NCBI GenBank assembly: GCA_016285345.1
Contig: JAEEQN010000010.1
Location: forward strand, 3,465-67,464
Origin: Victivallales bacterium
GTDB taxonomy: Bacteria > Verrucomicrobiota > Lentisphaeria > Victivallales > UBA1829
Length of the DNA: 64,000 nt
Direction: 5' to 3'
Below are positions 53,384-62,771 of this stretch, piece after piece. A program made the position numbers and the translations under genes. The notes beneath the pieces are model-generated. The model searched no databases, was not told where the DNA came from, and was given only the letters and a program-made list of their open reading frames with translations. Position 1 is the stretch's first letter, and the number at the start of each line of letters is the position of its first letter.

Positions 53384-56300
53384 TCAAACTTGTTCCGCGC
53401 GCGGGATGAACTCCCGCACGGTCCGCAGGACCAGTTTCAGTTTCTGCGCGGGCTTCGCGCTCGCCAGGATCGCCGGGATCAGGCCGTCGCGCCTCAGCAT
53501 GCGCTTATTTTTCTCCAGATACACCAGATTGCCGCGGCAAGTCACGTTCGTGATCCCCGCGTCCGCGGCGGCGAGGCGGATCCGGCACGTCATCAGGAAA
53601 TGGTCGACCTCCGCCGGGATCGGCCCGAACCGGTCGCGCAGCTCGTCCGCGAATGCGTCGAGGTCGTGTTCCGAGGTGAACATCGCAAGCCGTCTATAGC
53701 AGTGCAGACGCACACTCGGGGACTCGACATAGCCCGGCGGGATGCCCGCGGCGATCATACCCGGCGGCGGCTCGACCGCGAAACTCAGGAAATCGAGGTA
53801 CAGTTCGCAATCCGGCGCGGTCGGCAGTTTCTCGCCCTTGAACATCGCCACGCAGTCGCGCAGGAGTTCGCAGTAGAGGTGGAATCCGACCGCGTTGATC
53901 TGCCCGCTCTGCTCCTCGCCCAGGATGTTGCCCGCGCCGCGTATCTCCAGGTCGCTCATGGCGAGCTGGAACCCCGCGCCGAGGTGCGTGTAGCGCCGGA
54001 TCGCCGCCATGCGCTTGCGCGCGTCTCCGGTCAGGATGCCGTCCTTCGGCAGGAAAAGATACGCGTAAGCCTGCCGCACCCAGCGTCCCACGCGTCCGCG
54101 CAGCTGGTAGAGTTCGGCGAGCCCGAACCGGTCGGCGCGTTCGATGATGATGGTGTTCGCATTCGGGATGTCGATGCCGGATTCGATGATCGAGGTGCAG
54201 ACCAGGATCTTCGTTTTTCCCTCGATGAACGACGACATCACCACTTCCAGCTCGCTCTTGTCCATCTGTCCGTGCGCGACGCCGAGCGGAACGTCCGGGA
54301 ACATCGCCGCGATTTCAAGCGCCACCTTGTCGATCGACTTCACGCGGTTGTGCAGGTAGTACACCTGGCCGCCGCGGTTCAGCTCGCGTTCGATCGCCAC
54401 ACGAACCACATTTTGGTCGTACTGCGCGAAGACCGTGCGGATCGGCAGCCGGTTCACCGGCGCGTTCATGAGCGTGCTGAGGTCACGGATGCCGGAGAGA
54501 GACATGTGGAGCGTGCGCGGGATGGGCGTGGCGGTCATGGTCAGCACGTCCACGGTCGCGCGAAGGCGTTTCAGGCGGTCCTTGTGCAGCACGCCGAAGC
54601 GTTGTTCCTCGTCGATGATCACGAGCCCGAGGTCCTTGAACCCGACGTCGTTCTGCACCAGACGGTGCGTGCCGATCACGATATCGATCGCGCCGTTTTT
54701 GAGGCGTTCGATGATCCGCTGCTGTTCCGGTTTCGTACGGAACCGCGAGAGCTGTTCGATCACGATCCCGGTCTCCGCGAACCTCTCCTTGAACGTCATG
54801 TAATGCTGCTGCGCCAGCACGGTCGTCGGCACCAGCATCGCGACCTGACGCCCCGCGAGCGCGCATTTGCACGCCGCGCGCATCGCGAGCTCGGTCTTGC
54901 CGTAGCCCACGTCGCCGCACAGCAGACGGTCCATTGGACGCGGCGATTCCATGTCGGACTTGATCTCGGCTGCGGCGCGCAGCTGGTCCGGGGTCTCCTT
55001 GAACGGAAACGCCTGTTCGAACAGCTCCTGTTCGGGGTCGTCCTTCGGGAACGCCATGCCCGCCTTCTTCATGCGCACGGCCTGGATTTTGAGCATCTCG
55101 AACGCGAGGCTCTGCACGGAGTGGCGCGCTTCGTCGCAGGCTTTATTCCAACGGCCGGAATTCAGACGGCTGAGCGTGATCCGAGTGTTTTTCGACCCGA
55201 CATAACGCGTGACGAGATGCGCCTGCCGCACCGGAATCCGCACCACCTGGTCATCGCCGAATTCCAGCACGATCATTTCCGACCGCGCCCCGGCGGCTTC
55301 CGCGATATCCAGTCCGAGGTAACGGCAGATGCCGAAATTGAGGTGGACGGCGTAGTCGCCCTCCTCCAGATCGCCCGCCGAGATCACGCCAGCCGTATCC
55401 TCGCGCGAAACAGGTTCGGTCCGGGGCGTGTCGTCCTCGACCTGAAGCTCGTGCGCCATGCTCCGGCGGCGGTACGGCAGCGCAAAAAGTTCGCGGATCG
55501 TCAGGACTGCGAGTTTCTCCTTCGGCAGGAAGAACCCGCACGGCACGCTCCCCTCCTCCACCGTCAGCAGGTCGTTTTCGCACAGGTCATGGTCCAGGAT
55601 CCAGCGCCTCACCTGATGCGGATCGGAATCAGGCCCCACGAGCAGCGTCACATGCGTTTTCTCCTCGATCCACTGATGGATCCGGCTCGCGGTCAGCTGC
55701 TGCGCCAGCACGGAAAATGCCTGGTCCAGCGACTTGCCGTCCGCATCGGCGTCCACGGCGAACTCATGCCCGGCGGCCGACGCCATCGCGTCGCGTCCGG
55801 TGGAATAACACGGAAACGCCTCGCACGGTCCGCCATCCGGCATGGCCGCGCCGGCCGCATCCTCAAACGAAACAAGACGGCCTTCCGCCCTCATTTTCTC
55901 TTCAAATGCCGCCCACTGTTCCGCCTCCTCCGGCGTGCCGTAACGCGCCAGATGCGTCCGAATCTCGCCGGGGGCCTCCTCGACCAAAACGGTATCATTT
56001 TCCAGCAGGTATTCGAACGCCGGAGCGGAGGCGTATTCCGTGCCGTTCACGACCGTCCCGTCGCCGCCCGAACCCGACCGCAGGATCACGCGGTAGGAAT
56101 CCGCCTTGCCCGTCGACATCTGCGTGTCGGGACGGAACAGACGGATGCTGTCGATGGTGTCGCCGAAGAACTCGATACGGGCGGGCGACGTCTCCGAGGA
56201 GGAAAAGATGTCGACCAGGCCGCCGCGCCGCGCGAATTCGCCGGGCATGCCGACCTCGATCTCGTCATCATAGCCCATTTCGACCAGGCGTTCCGCTAGG

Positions 56301-56812
56301 TCTTTCAAATCGACCTCGTCGCCTACCTTCAGAACAAGCTCGCTTTCGCGCATCAGACGCGGCACGGGCGCGGGCGAGGTCAGGCTCGTCACGGACCCGA
56401 AAAACACGTCCGGCGGATTCTCCAGAAGCCGGTGCAGCGCCTCGGCGCGCGGGGAATCCGACTGAAGCAGACTCTGACGCCGCGTCGAACCGTCCGGCAG
56501 GGCGTGAACGGAAATGCTTTTCCCGGCGACTTCCGCCCAGGCGGTCAGATCGTCCCGGCATTGTTCCGCGCGGGACTGCGACGCCGCCACGTAGAAAAAC
56601 GTCCGTTTCCCGCCTTGCGGCACGGCGGCTTTCTCTGTCTGCTTTTTCGAGGCGGAGACGGCTTTCGCGCCGGATGTCTTCGAACCGCCGGAGACCAGGC
56701 TGAGCAGTGCGATCGGCATGATATCGGATTCGAGCGGGCCGATGCGTCCGGAACAACCATTCGTTTTAGAAATTAAACCAAAAAATATACTTTTCCAACT
56801 TCTTTTTTTCAT
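53384..56812 (-). CDS. mfd: transcription-repair coupling factor
   Basis: 1142-aa ORF. CarD-like block, then helicase motifs [44 protein letters not shown]. The first 31 codons are AT-rich, so the start may be the ATG at 56719. Confidence 0.92.
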   Translation of the reverse strand: MKKRSWKSIFFGLISKTNGCSGRIGPLESDIMPIALLSLVSGGSKTSGAKAVSASKKQTEKAAVPQGGKRTFFYVAASQSRAEQCRDDLTAWAEVAGKSISVHALPDGSTRRQSLLQSDSPRAEALHRLLENPPDVFFGSVTSLTSPAPVPRLMRESELVLKVGDEVDLKDLAERLVEMGYDDEIEVGMPGEFARRGGLVDIFSSSETSPARIEFFGDTIDSIRLFRPDTQMSTGKADSYRVILRSGSGGDGTVVNGTEYASAPAFEYLLENDTVLVEEAPGEIRTHLARYGTPEEAEQWAAFEEKMRAEGRLVSFEDAAGAAMPDGGPCEAFPCYSTGRDAMASAAGHEFAVDADADGKSLDQAFSVLAQQLTASRIHQWIEEKTHVTLLVGPDSDPHQVRRWILDHDLCENDLLTVEEGSVPCGFFLPKEKLAVLTIRELFALPYRRRSMAHELQVEDDTPRTEPVSREDTAGVISAGDLEEGDYAVHLNFGICRYLGLDIAEAAGARSEMIVLEFGDDQVVRIPVRQAHLVTRYVGSKNTRITLSRLNSGRWNKACDEARHSVQSLAFEMLKIQAVRMKKAGMAFPKDDPEQELFEQAFPFKETPDQLRAAAEIKSDMESPRPMDRLLCGDVGYGKTELAMRAACKCALAGRQVAMLVPTTVLAQQHYMTFKERFAETGIVIEQLSRFRTKPEQQRIIERLKNGAIDIVIGTHRLVQNDVGFKDLGLVIIDEEQRFGVLHKDRLKRLRATVDVLTMTATPIPRTLHMSLSGIRDLSTLMNAPVNRLPIRTVFAQYDQNVVRVAIERELNRGGQVYYLHNRVKSIDKVALEIAAMFPDVPLGVAHGQMDKSELEVVMSSFIEGKTKILVCTSIIESGIDIPNANTIIIERADRFGLAELYQLRGRVGRWVRQAYAYLFLPKDGILTGDARKRMAAIRRYTHLGAGFQLAMSDLEIRGAGNILGEEQSGQINAVGFHLYCELLRDCVAMFKGEKLPTAPDCELYLDFLSFAVEPPPGMIAAGIPPGYVESPSVRLHCYRRLAMFTSEHDLDAFADELRDRFGPIPAEVDHFLMTCRIRLAAADAGITNVTCRGNLVYLEKNKRMLRRDGLIPAILASAKPAQKLKLVLRTVREFIPRAEQV

Positions 56813-56991
56813 TTCACTCTTGCCTTTTTCTATTTAGAATGTACATTATATGCAATTGTTTTTAAACTTGGGGTTTAGCCCATGACATACGAATGCGGAA
56901 AAGCTGTCGCAGATGCCGGAATCAAAAACGGTTACGACTATCAATATAACAGCTCAAAGCAGGAAAACAAATCGCCGAGGTCTTTTTTTCG

Positions 56992-58755
56992 ATGAAAAAT
57001 GATGCGAAACAAAAACGGATTGCGGTTCCCGCCGCCGGAAAAAACGCGAAAACATCTGCTTCCGGCAAGCAGGTCAAAGGCGCGTCCGGCAAGGTGAAAG
57101 CCGCGAAACAAGCCGTTGCGGCCAAACCCGCCCGTGTTTCCGTATCTCAGAAAAAAACTCCCACCTCCCCTGCGAAGAAATCCGCTCCGGTGAAAAAGGC
57201 CGCTCCGGCAAAGGCGACTTCTGCAAAGAAGGCTGCTCCGGCGAAGGTTGCTTCCACGAAGAAAACAGTTCCGGCAAAGAAGGCAGTCGCTCCCGTCAAA
57301 GCCGCTCCGGCGAAGAAAAAAGCGTTCAAGCCCGAGGTCCTGTTCGACGAAGAACCGGTCGTGAAAAAGACCTCTTCCAAGGCGAAATTCAAAGCCGCAG
57401 TCAAACTCGAACCGGCGAAAAAAACAGCCGTGAAAGCCGTTCCGGCGAAAGCGGAAGCAAAAGCCCAGGCAAAACCTGAAACAAAGAAGGCTCCCGCGAA
57501 GAAGAGCCCGATTAAAATCACGGTCAAGAAACCGGCCGTCAAGGTCGAGATCAAAACCGCTCCGGCGAAAAAGACCGTTTCCAAGCTGGAAACGGTGAAA
57601 ACGGTCCCGGAAAAGGTCAAGGCAAAAGCTGAAGTCAAGCCCAAAATCTCCGCGAAGAAGTCTCCCGCGAAAAAATCCGTTTTTGCCTCGGCAAGCAAGA
57701 GAGCCAAGCTCAAAGTCAAAGTCGAAGCCGCTTCATCCGAAGCAGTCACTCCGGTGAAGAAAACCAAGGCGACCGGCGCGGTTGACGCGAACGGCGTTCC
57801 GGTCGTGCTGGAAGACGTCGAAGACGCCTCCGAAATCGATCTTTCCAAGTTCATGGCGGGTTCGAAAGATCCCAAAATGGACAAGAAGAACGCGAAGGCC
57901 GCGGCGAAGAACGGTCCCGTCACGAAAAACGACTCGATGAAGGTGTACATGCACGACATCGGTCAGATTTCGCTGGTCTCGAAGGATCAGGAAGTCACGC
58001 TGGCGGCCCAGATCCACGGCAAGGACCACGATGACCACGACGAGGCGCGCGCCACGCTCATCGAAGCGAACCTGCGTCTGGTCGTAAAGATCGCGCACGA
58101 TTTCAAGGGGCTCGGCCTCCCGTTGCTTGACCTCATTTCCGAGGGCAACATCGGCCTCATGCGCGCCGTCGAGAAATTCGACCCGTCCAAGGGTGCGAAG
58201 TTCAGCTCCTACGCCGCCTGGTGGATCAAGCAGTCCATGCGCCGCGCCCTCGCAAACCAGTCGCGCGTGATCCGCATCCCGGTTCAATCCGCGGGCAAGA
58301 TCAACAAGATCAAATCCGTCAAGATGAAGCTCGCGGAACAGCTCGGCCGCGAACCGACCGACGAAGAAATCGCCGCAAACCTCGGATTCAGCGGACGCAC
58401 CGTGACCGGTCTGCGCCTCGCCGACCTCCGCACGTTCTCCCTGCACGACCCCATCCAGCAGGGCGAAGACGGCGAATTTCAGGACATCATCCCCGACCAG
58501 GGGGCGATGTCGCCCGACCGCATCCTCGGCGACGAGGAATCCGTCCACCGCCTGCTCTCCCTGCTCTCCCAGCTCGAGGACCGCGAACGTCTGATCCTTC
58601 AGCTCCGGTTCGGACTCGACGGCAAGCGCCCGAAAACGCTGGAAGAGGTCAGCCAGGAAATCCACCGTACGCGCGAACGCGTCCGCCAGATTCAGAACCA
58701 GGCGCTCGCAAAACTCCGCGCCATGCTCGCCGACGAGGCGGGTTTCTCCGAATAA
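56992..58755 (+). CDS. rpoD: RNA polymerase sigma factor RpoD with Lys/Ala/Pro-rich N-terminal extension
   Basis: The C-terminal 275 aa are canonical sigma70 regions 1.2-4 ([71 protein letters not shown]). The first 310 aa or so are AKK/PAKK repeats. Confidence 0.93.
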   Translation: MKNDAKQKRIAVPAAGKNAKTSASGKQVKGASGKVKAAKQAVAAKPARVSVSQKKTPTSPAKKSAPVKKAAPAKATSAKKAAPAKVASTKKTVPAKKAVAPVKAAPAKKKAFKPEVLFDEEPVVKKTSSKAKFKAAVKLEPAKKTAVKAVPAKAEAKAQAKPETKKAPAKKSPIKITVKKPAVKVEIKTAPAKKTVSKLETVKTVPEKVKAKAEVKPKISAKKSPAKKSVFASASKRAKLKVKVEAASSEAVTPVKKTKATGAVDANGVPVVLEDVEDASEIDLSKFMAGSKDPKMDKKNAKAAAKNGPVTKNDSMKVYMHDIGQISLVSKDQEVTLAAQIHGKDHDDHDEARATLIEANLRLVVKIAHDFKGLGLPLLDLISEGNIGLMRAVEKFDPSKGAKFSSYAAWWIKQSMRRALANQSRVIRIPVQSAGKINKIKSVKMKLAEQLGREPTDEEIAANLGFSGRTVTGLRLADLRTFSLHDPIQQGEDGEFQDIIPDQGAMSPDRILGDEESVHRLLSLLSQLEDRERLILQLRFGLDGKRPKTLEEVSQEIHRTRERVRQIQNQALAKLRAMLADEAGFSE

Positions 58756-58832
58756 CCGACAACCCGGATTCAAGAGGTTTTACCGATGAAATACGATGCA
58801 ACAGATTGTTCAGGAAAGGGGGTGAACTAATT

Positions 58833-59000
58833 ATGGAAGCAACGGAAGTCAAACTTAAGAAAGGCGACTCGATCGAACGCGCACTCCGCCGTCTGAAAAA
58901 GAAACTCGACAAGGAAGGCACGCTCAAGGAACTCCGCAACCGGAGACACTACGAAAAGCCGAGCGAAAAGAAACGCCGCACGCAGCGCCGCAGAGGCTGA
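58833..59000 (+). CDS. rpsU: 30S ribosomal protein S21
   Basis: ATG at 58833 after AAAGGGGG. MEATEVKLKKGDSIERALRRLKKKLDKEGTLKELRNRRHYEKPSEKKRR is a typical S21 sequence. It is hidden inside a longer track ORF (58221..59000). Confidence 0.9.
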   Translation: MEATEVKLKKGDSIERALRRLKKKLDKEGTLKELRNRRHYEKPSEKKRRTQRRRG

Positions 59001-59093
59001 TCACGGCTGACTTTTCCGACCATAACCCCGCTCCGGGACCGCCCCCGCGACGTTTCCGGAGCGGACGCACAAAACCATTTTTTCATCGTTTTC

Positions 59094-60266
59094 ATGTCCG
59101 ATTCCACCTCCAAAGCAATATCCAAATATGGCGCACCGCGCAAGTTCACCTGGATGCCCACGCTCGACGGGTACATCCTGCGCTCGTTCCTGGTGCCGTT
59201 TTTCATTCTGCTCTTCGCCTTCACGCTGCTGTTCATCATCATGGACATGTACAACGACGTCGGCGACTTCCTCGACAACAAGGCGTCCGTCCTTGTCTCC
59301 GTCGAATACTTCATCCTGAAAATCCCCGGAAACATCCGGTTCATCCTGCCCATCACCGTCCTCCTCGCCTGCATGTATGCGCTCGCCAACCTCGGCCGCA
59401 GCCGCGAGCTCACGGCCATCCGGGCGTCCGGGATCTCGCTCAGCCGGTGCGGTCTCCCGATCTTCGCGGTCGGGTTCTGCGTGATGCTGATCAATTTCTA
59501 CTTCAACGAGGAACTTGTCCCGGAAACCACGCGGCAGGCGGAGATACTCAGGAAAACGGTCGAGAATGAAAAGTATGAAGAGATAAGCAACGCCCGGCTC
59601 CAGTTCCACAGCGGCGACCGCCTCCGCAGCTGGTATTTCGGCCAGTTCGACGACGACGATTTCCAGGAGAATGTCAAGCTCAAGATATTCAGGAAGAATC
59701 CCGAAAAGCCCAGACAGCGCATCCTGGTCCGCACGATCGAAGCGGAAAAAACGCGTTTCGTCCCGGGCGTCGGCTGGGAATTCTACAAGCCGGAGATTCA
59801 CGATTATTCCTCGGACGGTCTTCCAGGCGACACCACATTCTCGGGCGCCGATCCGCTGGTCTTTTCCGAGGAGGAAATCCCCGACAAACCATCCGTAATC
59901 GTCAAGTCCGTCATCGAACCGGAAGCGCTTTCCTCCCTCGAAATTTTCTTCATTCTCCGCGACAATCCGAGCATGGCGGAGAATCTCCGCCGCATTTACC
60001 GGACCATCTTCTACAACCGGCTGGCGTTCCCGTGGGCGTGCTTCCTTTGCGCCTTCTTCGCATTCCCGCTCGCCACGAAAAACGAACGTTCCGGCATCTT
60101 CACGGCCATCGCCTCCGCCGTCGGTATCGCGGTGCTCTATCAGGTACTCAACGAAATCTTCATGGTCGCCGGAAAAAGCGGGTACCTGCCGCCGATTCTC
60201 GCAGGACTCACCCCGACCGTCGTCTTCGGCGTCTATGGCATCTACCTGCTGAAAAAAGCCGGCTGA
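59094..60266 (+). CDS. LptF/LptG-family LPS export permease
   Basis: 390-aa ORF. LDGYILRSFLVPFFILLFAFTLLFIIMD opening, a periplasmic beta-jellyroll insert, and C-terminal TM helices typical of YjgP/YjgQ. Confidence 0.85.
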   Translation: MSDSTSKAISKYGAPRKFTWMPTLDGYILRSFLVPFFILLFAFTLLFIIMDMYNDVGDFLDNKASVLVSVEYFILKIPGNIRFILPITVLLACMYALANLGRSRELTAIRASGISLSRCGLPIFAVGFCVMLINFYFNEELVPETTRQAEILRKTVENEKYEEISNARLQFHSGDRLRSWYFGQFDDDDFQENVKLKIFRKNPEKPRQRILVRTIEAEKTRFVPGVGWEFYKPEIHDYSSDGLPGDTTFSGADPLVFSEEEIPDKPSVIVKSVIEPEALSSLEIFFILRDNPSMAENLRRIYRTIFYNRLAFPWACFLCAFFAFPLATKNERSGIFTAIASAVGIAVLYQVLNEIFMVAGKSGYLPPILAGLTPTVVFGVYGIYLLKKAG

Positions 60267-60312
60267 GGAGGCAACGCCTCCACTGCGGCTGTGCCTGGCT
60301 GCGCTCAGGCAC
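60267..60312 (+). repeat. REP-like composite element directly after the lptF/G stop codon
   Basis: GGAGGCAACGCCTCC (60267-60281), ACTGCGGCT, GTGCCTGGCTGCGCTCAGGCAC (60291-60312). Confidence 0.8.
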
Positions 60313-60337
60313 GGAAAAAGCCGTGATGATCCATTCC

Positions 60338-61033
60338 TCAGTCAAGTTCGGGGAAATATCCCTGAATCCTGCGTTCGAGGACCAGTCGCGCATAATGCGC
60401 CGTCCCCGTGAGACGTTCGGCCAGCAGCACCCCCGTTTCCGCGAAGCCGTTCACCACGTCGTGGTTGTCCGACCCAGCCGTCCAGGGCAGCCCGTAGCTG
60501 TCCGCGTACCATTTCGCGCGGCGGTTCTCCTCGTCCTTGCGGTGGCCGTTCATGATCTCCACGGCGTCGACCCGGTCCGGAAGCAGACGGATCATCGGGA
60601 TGTAGTAATCCTGCCGGAACGGGTGCGCGTGGACGATCGTGCCTCCCTCGGCGCGGATGTATTTCAGGTAGTCGACGAGCGGCAGCCGGTCGATGAACGG
60701 ATGATCTGCGAGCCAGTTCTCGTCCAGTCCGTAGGTCAGGAAATCGTTTCCTTCGGAGGAATCCTCCCACGCGAAAAACACCTGCATGCCGACCTTGTCG
60801 CCGTATTCCTTCGCGGCGCGGTAGCCCGCCGTGAAAAGCTCGACGCGTTCCCGCCATGGCAGATCGCGCGGCACCGTGCTGTTCCCGTTGAAGAAATGGT
60901 CCGTGATAATAATGCCGTCGTAGCCGCGCGCGTGATATGCCTCGGCGACCTCGCGGCCGGAGGATTTGGCGCATTTGCTCCCCTCCGAGGTGTGGATGTG
61001 CGTATCGTAACGGTAAAGTCTCGGTTCGCTCAT
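60338..61033 (-). CDS. PHP-domain metal-dependent phosphoesterase
   Basis: YDTHIHTSEGS, IIITDHF, VHAHPFR and EIMNG blocks. Confidence 0.8.
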   Translation of the reverse strand: MSEPRLYRYDTHIHTSEGSKCAKSSGREVAEAYHARGYDGIIITDHFFNGNSTVPRDLPWRERVELFTAGYRAAKEYGDKVGMQVFFAWEDSSEGNDFLTYGLDENWLADHPFIDRLPLVDYLKYIRAEGGTIVHAHPFRQDYYIPMIRLLPDRVDAVEIMNGHRKDEENRRAKWYADSYGLPWTAGSDNHDVVNGFAETGVLLAERLTGTAHYARLVLERRIQGYFPELD

Positions 61034-61051
61034 TTTGAACTTATCTCCTTT

Positions 61052-61672
61052 TTATGACAGCAGCCGGGGCAGAAACTCCGCGACGACGCCGAACAGCAGC
61101 GGGATCGTGAAATTGTCGTCCAGGTGGATTTGCTCGTTATAGAATTCGGCGATGCAGGACACAACTACGCCGAAAAGCCAGATCGCCAGCGTCGCGCCCG
61201 GCAGACCGCCGACAACGCAGAACCCCGCCGCGATGATCCAGCCGCTCAGCAGGAACGACAGCGAACCTTCCAGCGATTTGCCGTTGAAGAAGCGGTGCCG
61301 TCCCCATTTCCGTCCGATCAGCGCCGCGGACGTGTCGCTCAGGATCAGAATCGCGAACGCGCACGCCGCCACACGGTTGGAAAAACACAGCGCGGTCAGG
61401 CAGGCCGACGCATACATCGGCGGCGCTCCGCTGAACCGGAACTTGCCCGGTTCACTCTCCCGGGCCATCTTGCCGAACAAGGCTTTATAGAGCGGCGTCA
61501 CGTACGGGACCTGCCGGAATACGGCAATCTCGATCAGCACGTTCAGGACCGCGAACGTACCGAACATGATCACGTTGAACAGCCGCGGGAGGTAAAAAAG
61601 CGAAAAAGGCATCCAGAGCGAGCTCAGATGCACCATTTTCCGGAGAACTTCCTGTCTGTACGGAATCGCCAT
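61052..61672 (-). CDS. CTP-dependent polyprenol/diacylglycerol kinase family membrane protein (CdsA-fold, dolichol/phytol kinase-like)
   Basis: ATG at 61672 (MAIPYRQEVLRKMVHL). SDTSAALIGRKWGRHRF motif. Multi-TM. The track ORF start at 61753 would overlap the tRNA. Confidence 0.7.
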   Translation of the reverse strand: MAIPYRQEVLRKMVHLSSLWMPFSLFYLPRLFNVIMFGTFAVLNVLIEIAVFRQVPYVTPLYKALFGKMARESEPGKFRFSGAPPMYASACLTALCFSNRVAACAFAILILSDTSAALIGRKWGRHRFFNGKSLEGSLSFLLSGWIIAAGFCVVGGLPGATLAIWLFGVVVSCIAEFYNEQIHLDDNFTIPLLFGVVAEFLPRLLS

Positions 61673-61725
61673 CGATGTTCCTTTACCGGGTTTTATTCCA
61701 CTCGCCGCATCGTTGTTCGGCGTTT

Positions 61726-61802
61726 TGGCGGTGGCAGCGGGGATCGAACCCACGACCTGCTCTTTAGGAGAGAGCCGCTCTATCCAACTGAGCTATGCCA
61801 CC
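61726..61802 (-). tRNA. tRNA-Arg (anticodon CCU), CCA encoded
   Basis: Hand-folded cloverleaf: acceptor GGTGGCA/TGCCACC, D stem GCTC/GAGC, anticodon stem GCTCT/AGAGC with loop CTCCTAA, T stem GTGGG/CCCGC with loop TTCGATC, discriminator G, CCA. 77 nt. Confidence 0.9.
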
Positions 61803-61894
61803 GTATCAAAGTCTTCGCAGGAAAACCGGCTGACCGAATATGATTCCGGCATCCGTTTTTTCTGCTTGTTTGTGCTGTTCTCAAGCAAGTATAT

Positions 61895-61923
61895 ACTATA
61901 GCGCCGTTTCGGCAAAAAATCAA
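61895..61923 (-). promoter_or_regulatory. sigma70-like promoter upstream of tRNA-Arg
   Basis: Minus strand TTGATT (61923-61918), 17 nt spacer, TATAGT (61900-61895), about 90 nt upstream of the tRNA 5' end. Confidence 0.5.
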
Positions 61924-62125
61924 GTGCTGATCTGAAAAACGGGGTTCAATTACGGATATACGCCCTTGGCAAAAAAATACCCTTTAGGGTATACGGTTCC
62001 CCAGCGACCCGATTTTGAAAAAAAGTTGGTGTCCGGCACAATATCAAGCGCGGCGGGAGCGTTATTTGATCAGAAGCGCGCAACAGAAACAACAAACTCA
62101 ACCAACACACGATCAGGAGTCTACA

Positions 62126-62578
62126 ATGAAATCCATTTCCAATCTTTTTATCAATAAACTCTCCGCCGTCATCATCATCGCCGCGGTCGCCGGTCTGGTC
62201 TCGATCAACGCGTTCGCGCACACCAACGACTACATGGGCTTCGGCGGATTCCAGCCCTTCGGCGGATTCGGATACGGATACGGGTTCGGCGGCTACGGCT
62301 TGGACTTCGGTTACACCTTCGCCGGATTCGGCGGATTCGGTCCCGGCATGGACTTCGGCAGACACTTCGGCGGACATCATTCCGACGTTCATTTCGCTGG
62401 CAATTTCGGCGGATTCGGGCTCGGATTCACGGCTCAGAGCGCGGTCCACGCCTCGAACCGGAAGATCGTCCCGCTGCCGCCCACCGCTTCGGCCGTGAAC
62501 ACATCCATCACCTACGATGAAAACGGCGAGCTCCATGTGCGTCCGTTCGACGACGAGGACCTCTTCGTGGAGGATTGA
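62126..62578 (+). CDS. secreted glycine/aromatic (GFG)-repeat protein
   Basis: ATG at 62126 after CAGGAG. Signal peptide MKSISNLFINKLSAVIIIAAVAGLVSINAFA. Then about 70 aa of GFGGF/GYGYGFGG repeats, then an acidic tail. Confidence 0.7.
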   Translation: MKSISNLFINKLSAVIIIAAVAGLVSINAFAHTNDYMGFGGFQPFGGFGYGYGFGGYGLDFGYTFAGFGGFGPGMDFGRHFGGHHSDVHFAGNFGGFGLGFTAQSAVHASNRKIVPLPPTASAVNTSITYDENGELHVRPFDDEDLFVED

Positions 62579-62618
62579 GGCGAGTTCAGTTTCCCTCCGA
62601 AAGCATCGATTGTTCCAC

Positions 62619-62657
62619 GGGGCGTCTCCCAGGGGGTGGGAGGCGTCCCGGTTTCTG
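62619..62657 (+). terminator. terminator after the GFG-repeat gene
   Basis: GGGGCGTCTCCC (62619-62630) / GGGAGGCGTCCC (62638-62649), a 12-bp stem with two G-U pairs, followed by GGTTTCTG. Confidence 0.5.
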
Positions 62658-62771
62658 TATTGACGAAAGACCAGATTCTTTCAATCCGCGCTTGATTTTT
62701 CCTCTTTTCCGCTGTACTTTATCTGCAAAAAAGCAATCATTGAACGGTTACCTAACCTCCCCCGGTGCATC

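Noticed and set aside
53390-56299. 969-aa plus-strand ORF opposite mfd.
   Set aside because: It is an antisense artefact. The minus strand encodes a complete Mfd with helicase motifs.
61726-61802. tRNA-Arg, considered as an integration hotspot for a mobile element.
   Set aside because: The flanks are of host-like composition. There is no integrase, no partial tRNA duplicate and no direct repeat nearby.
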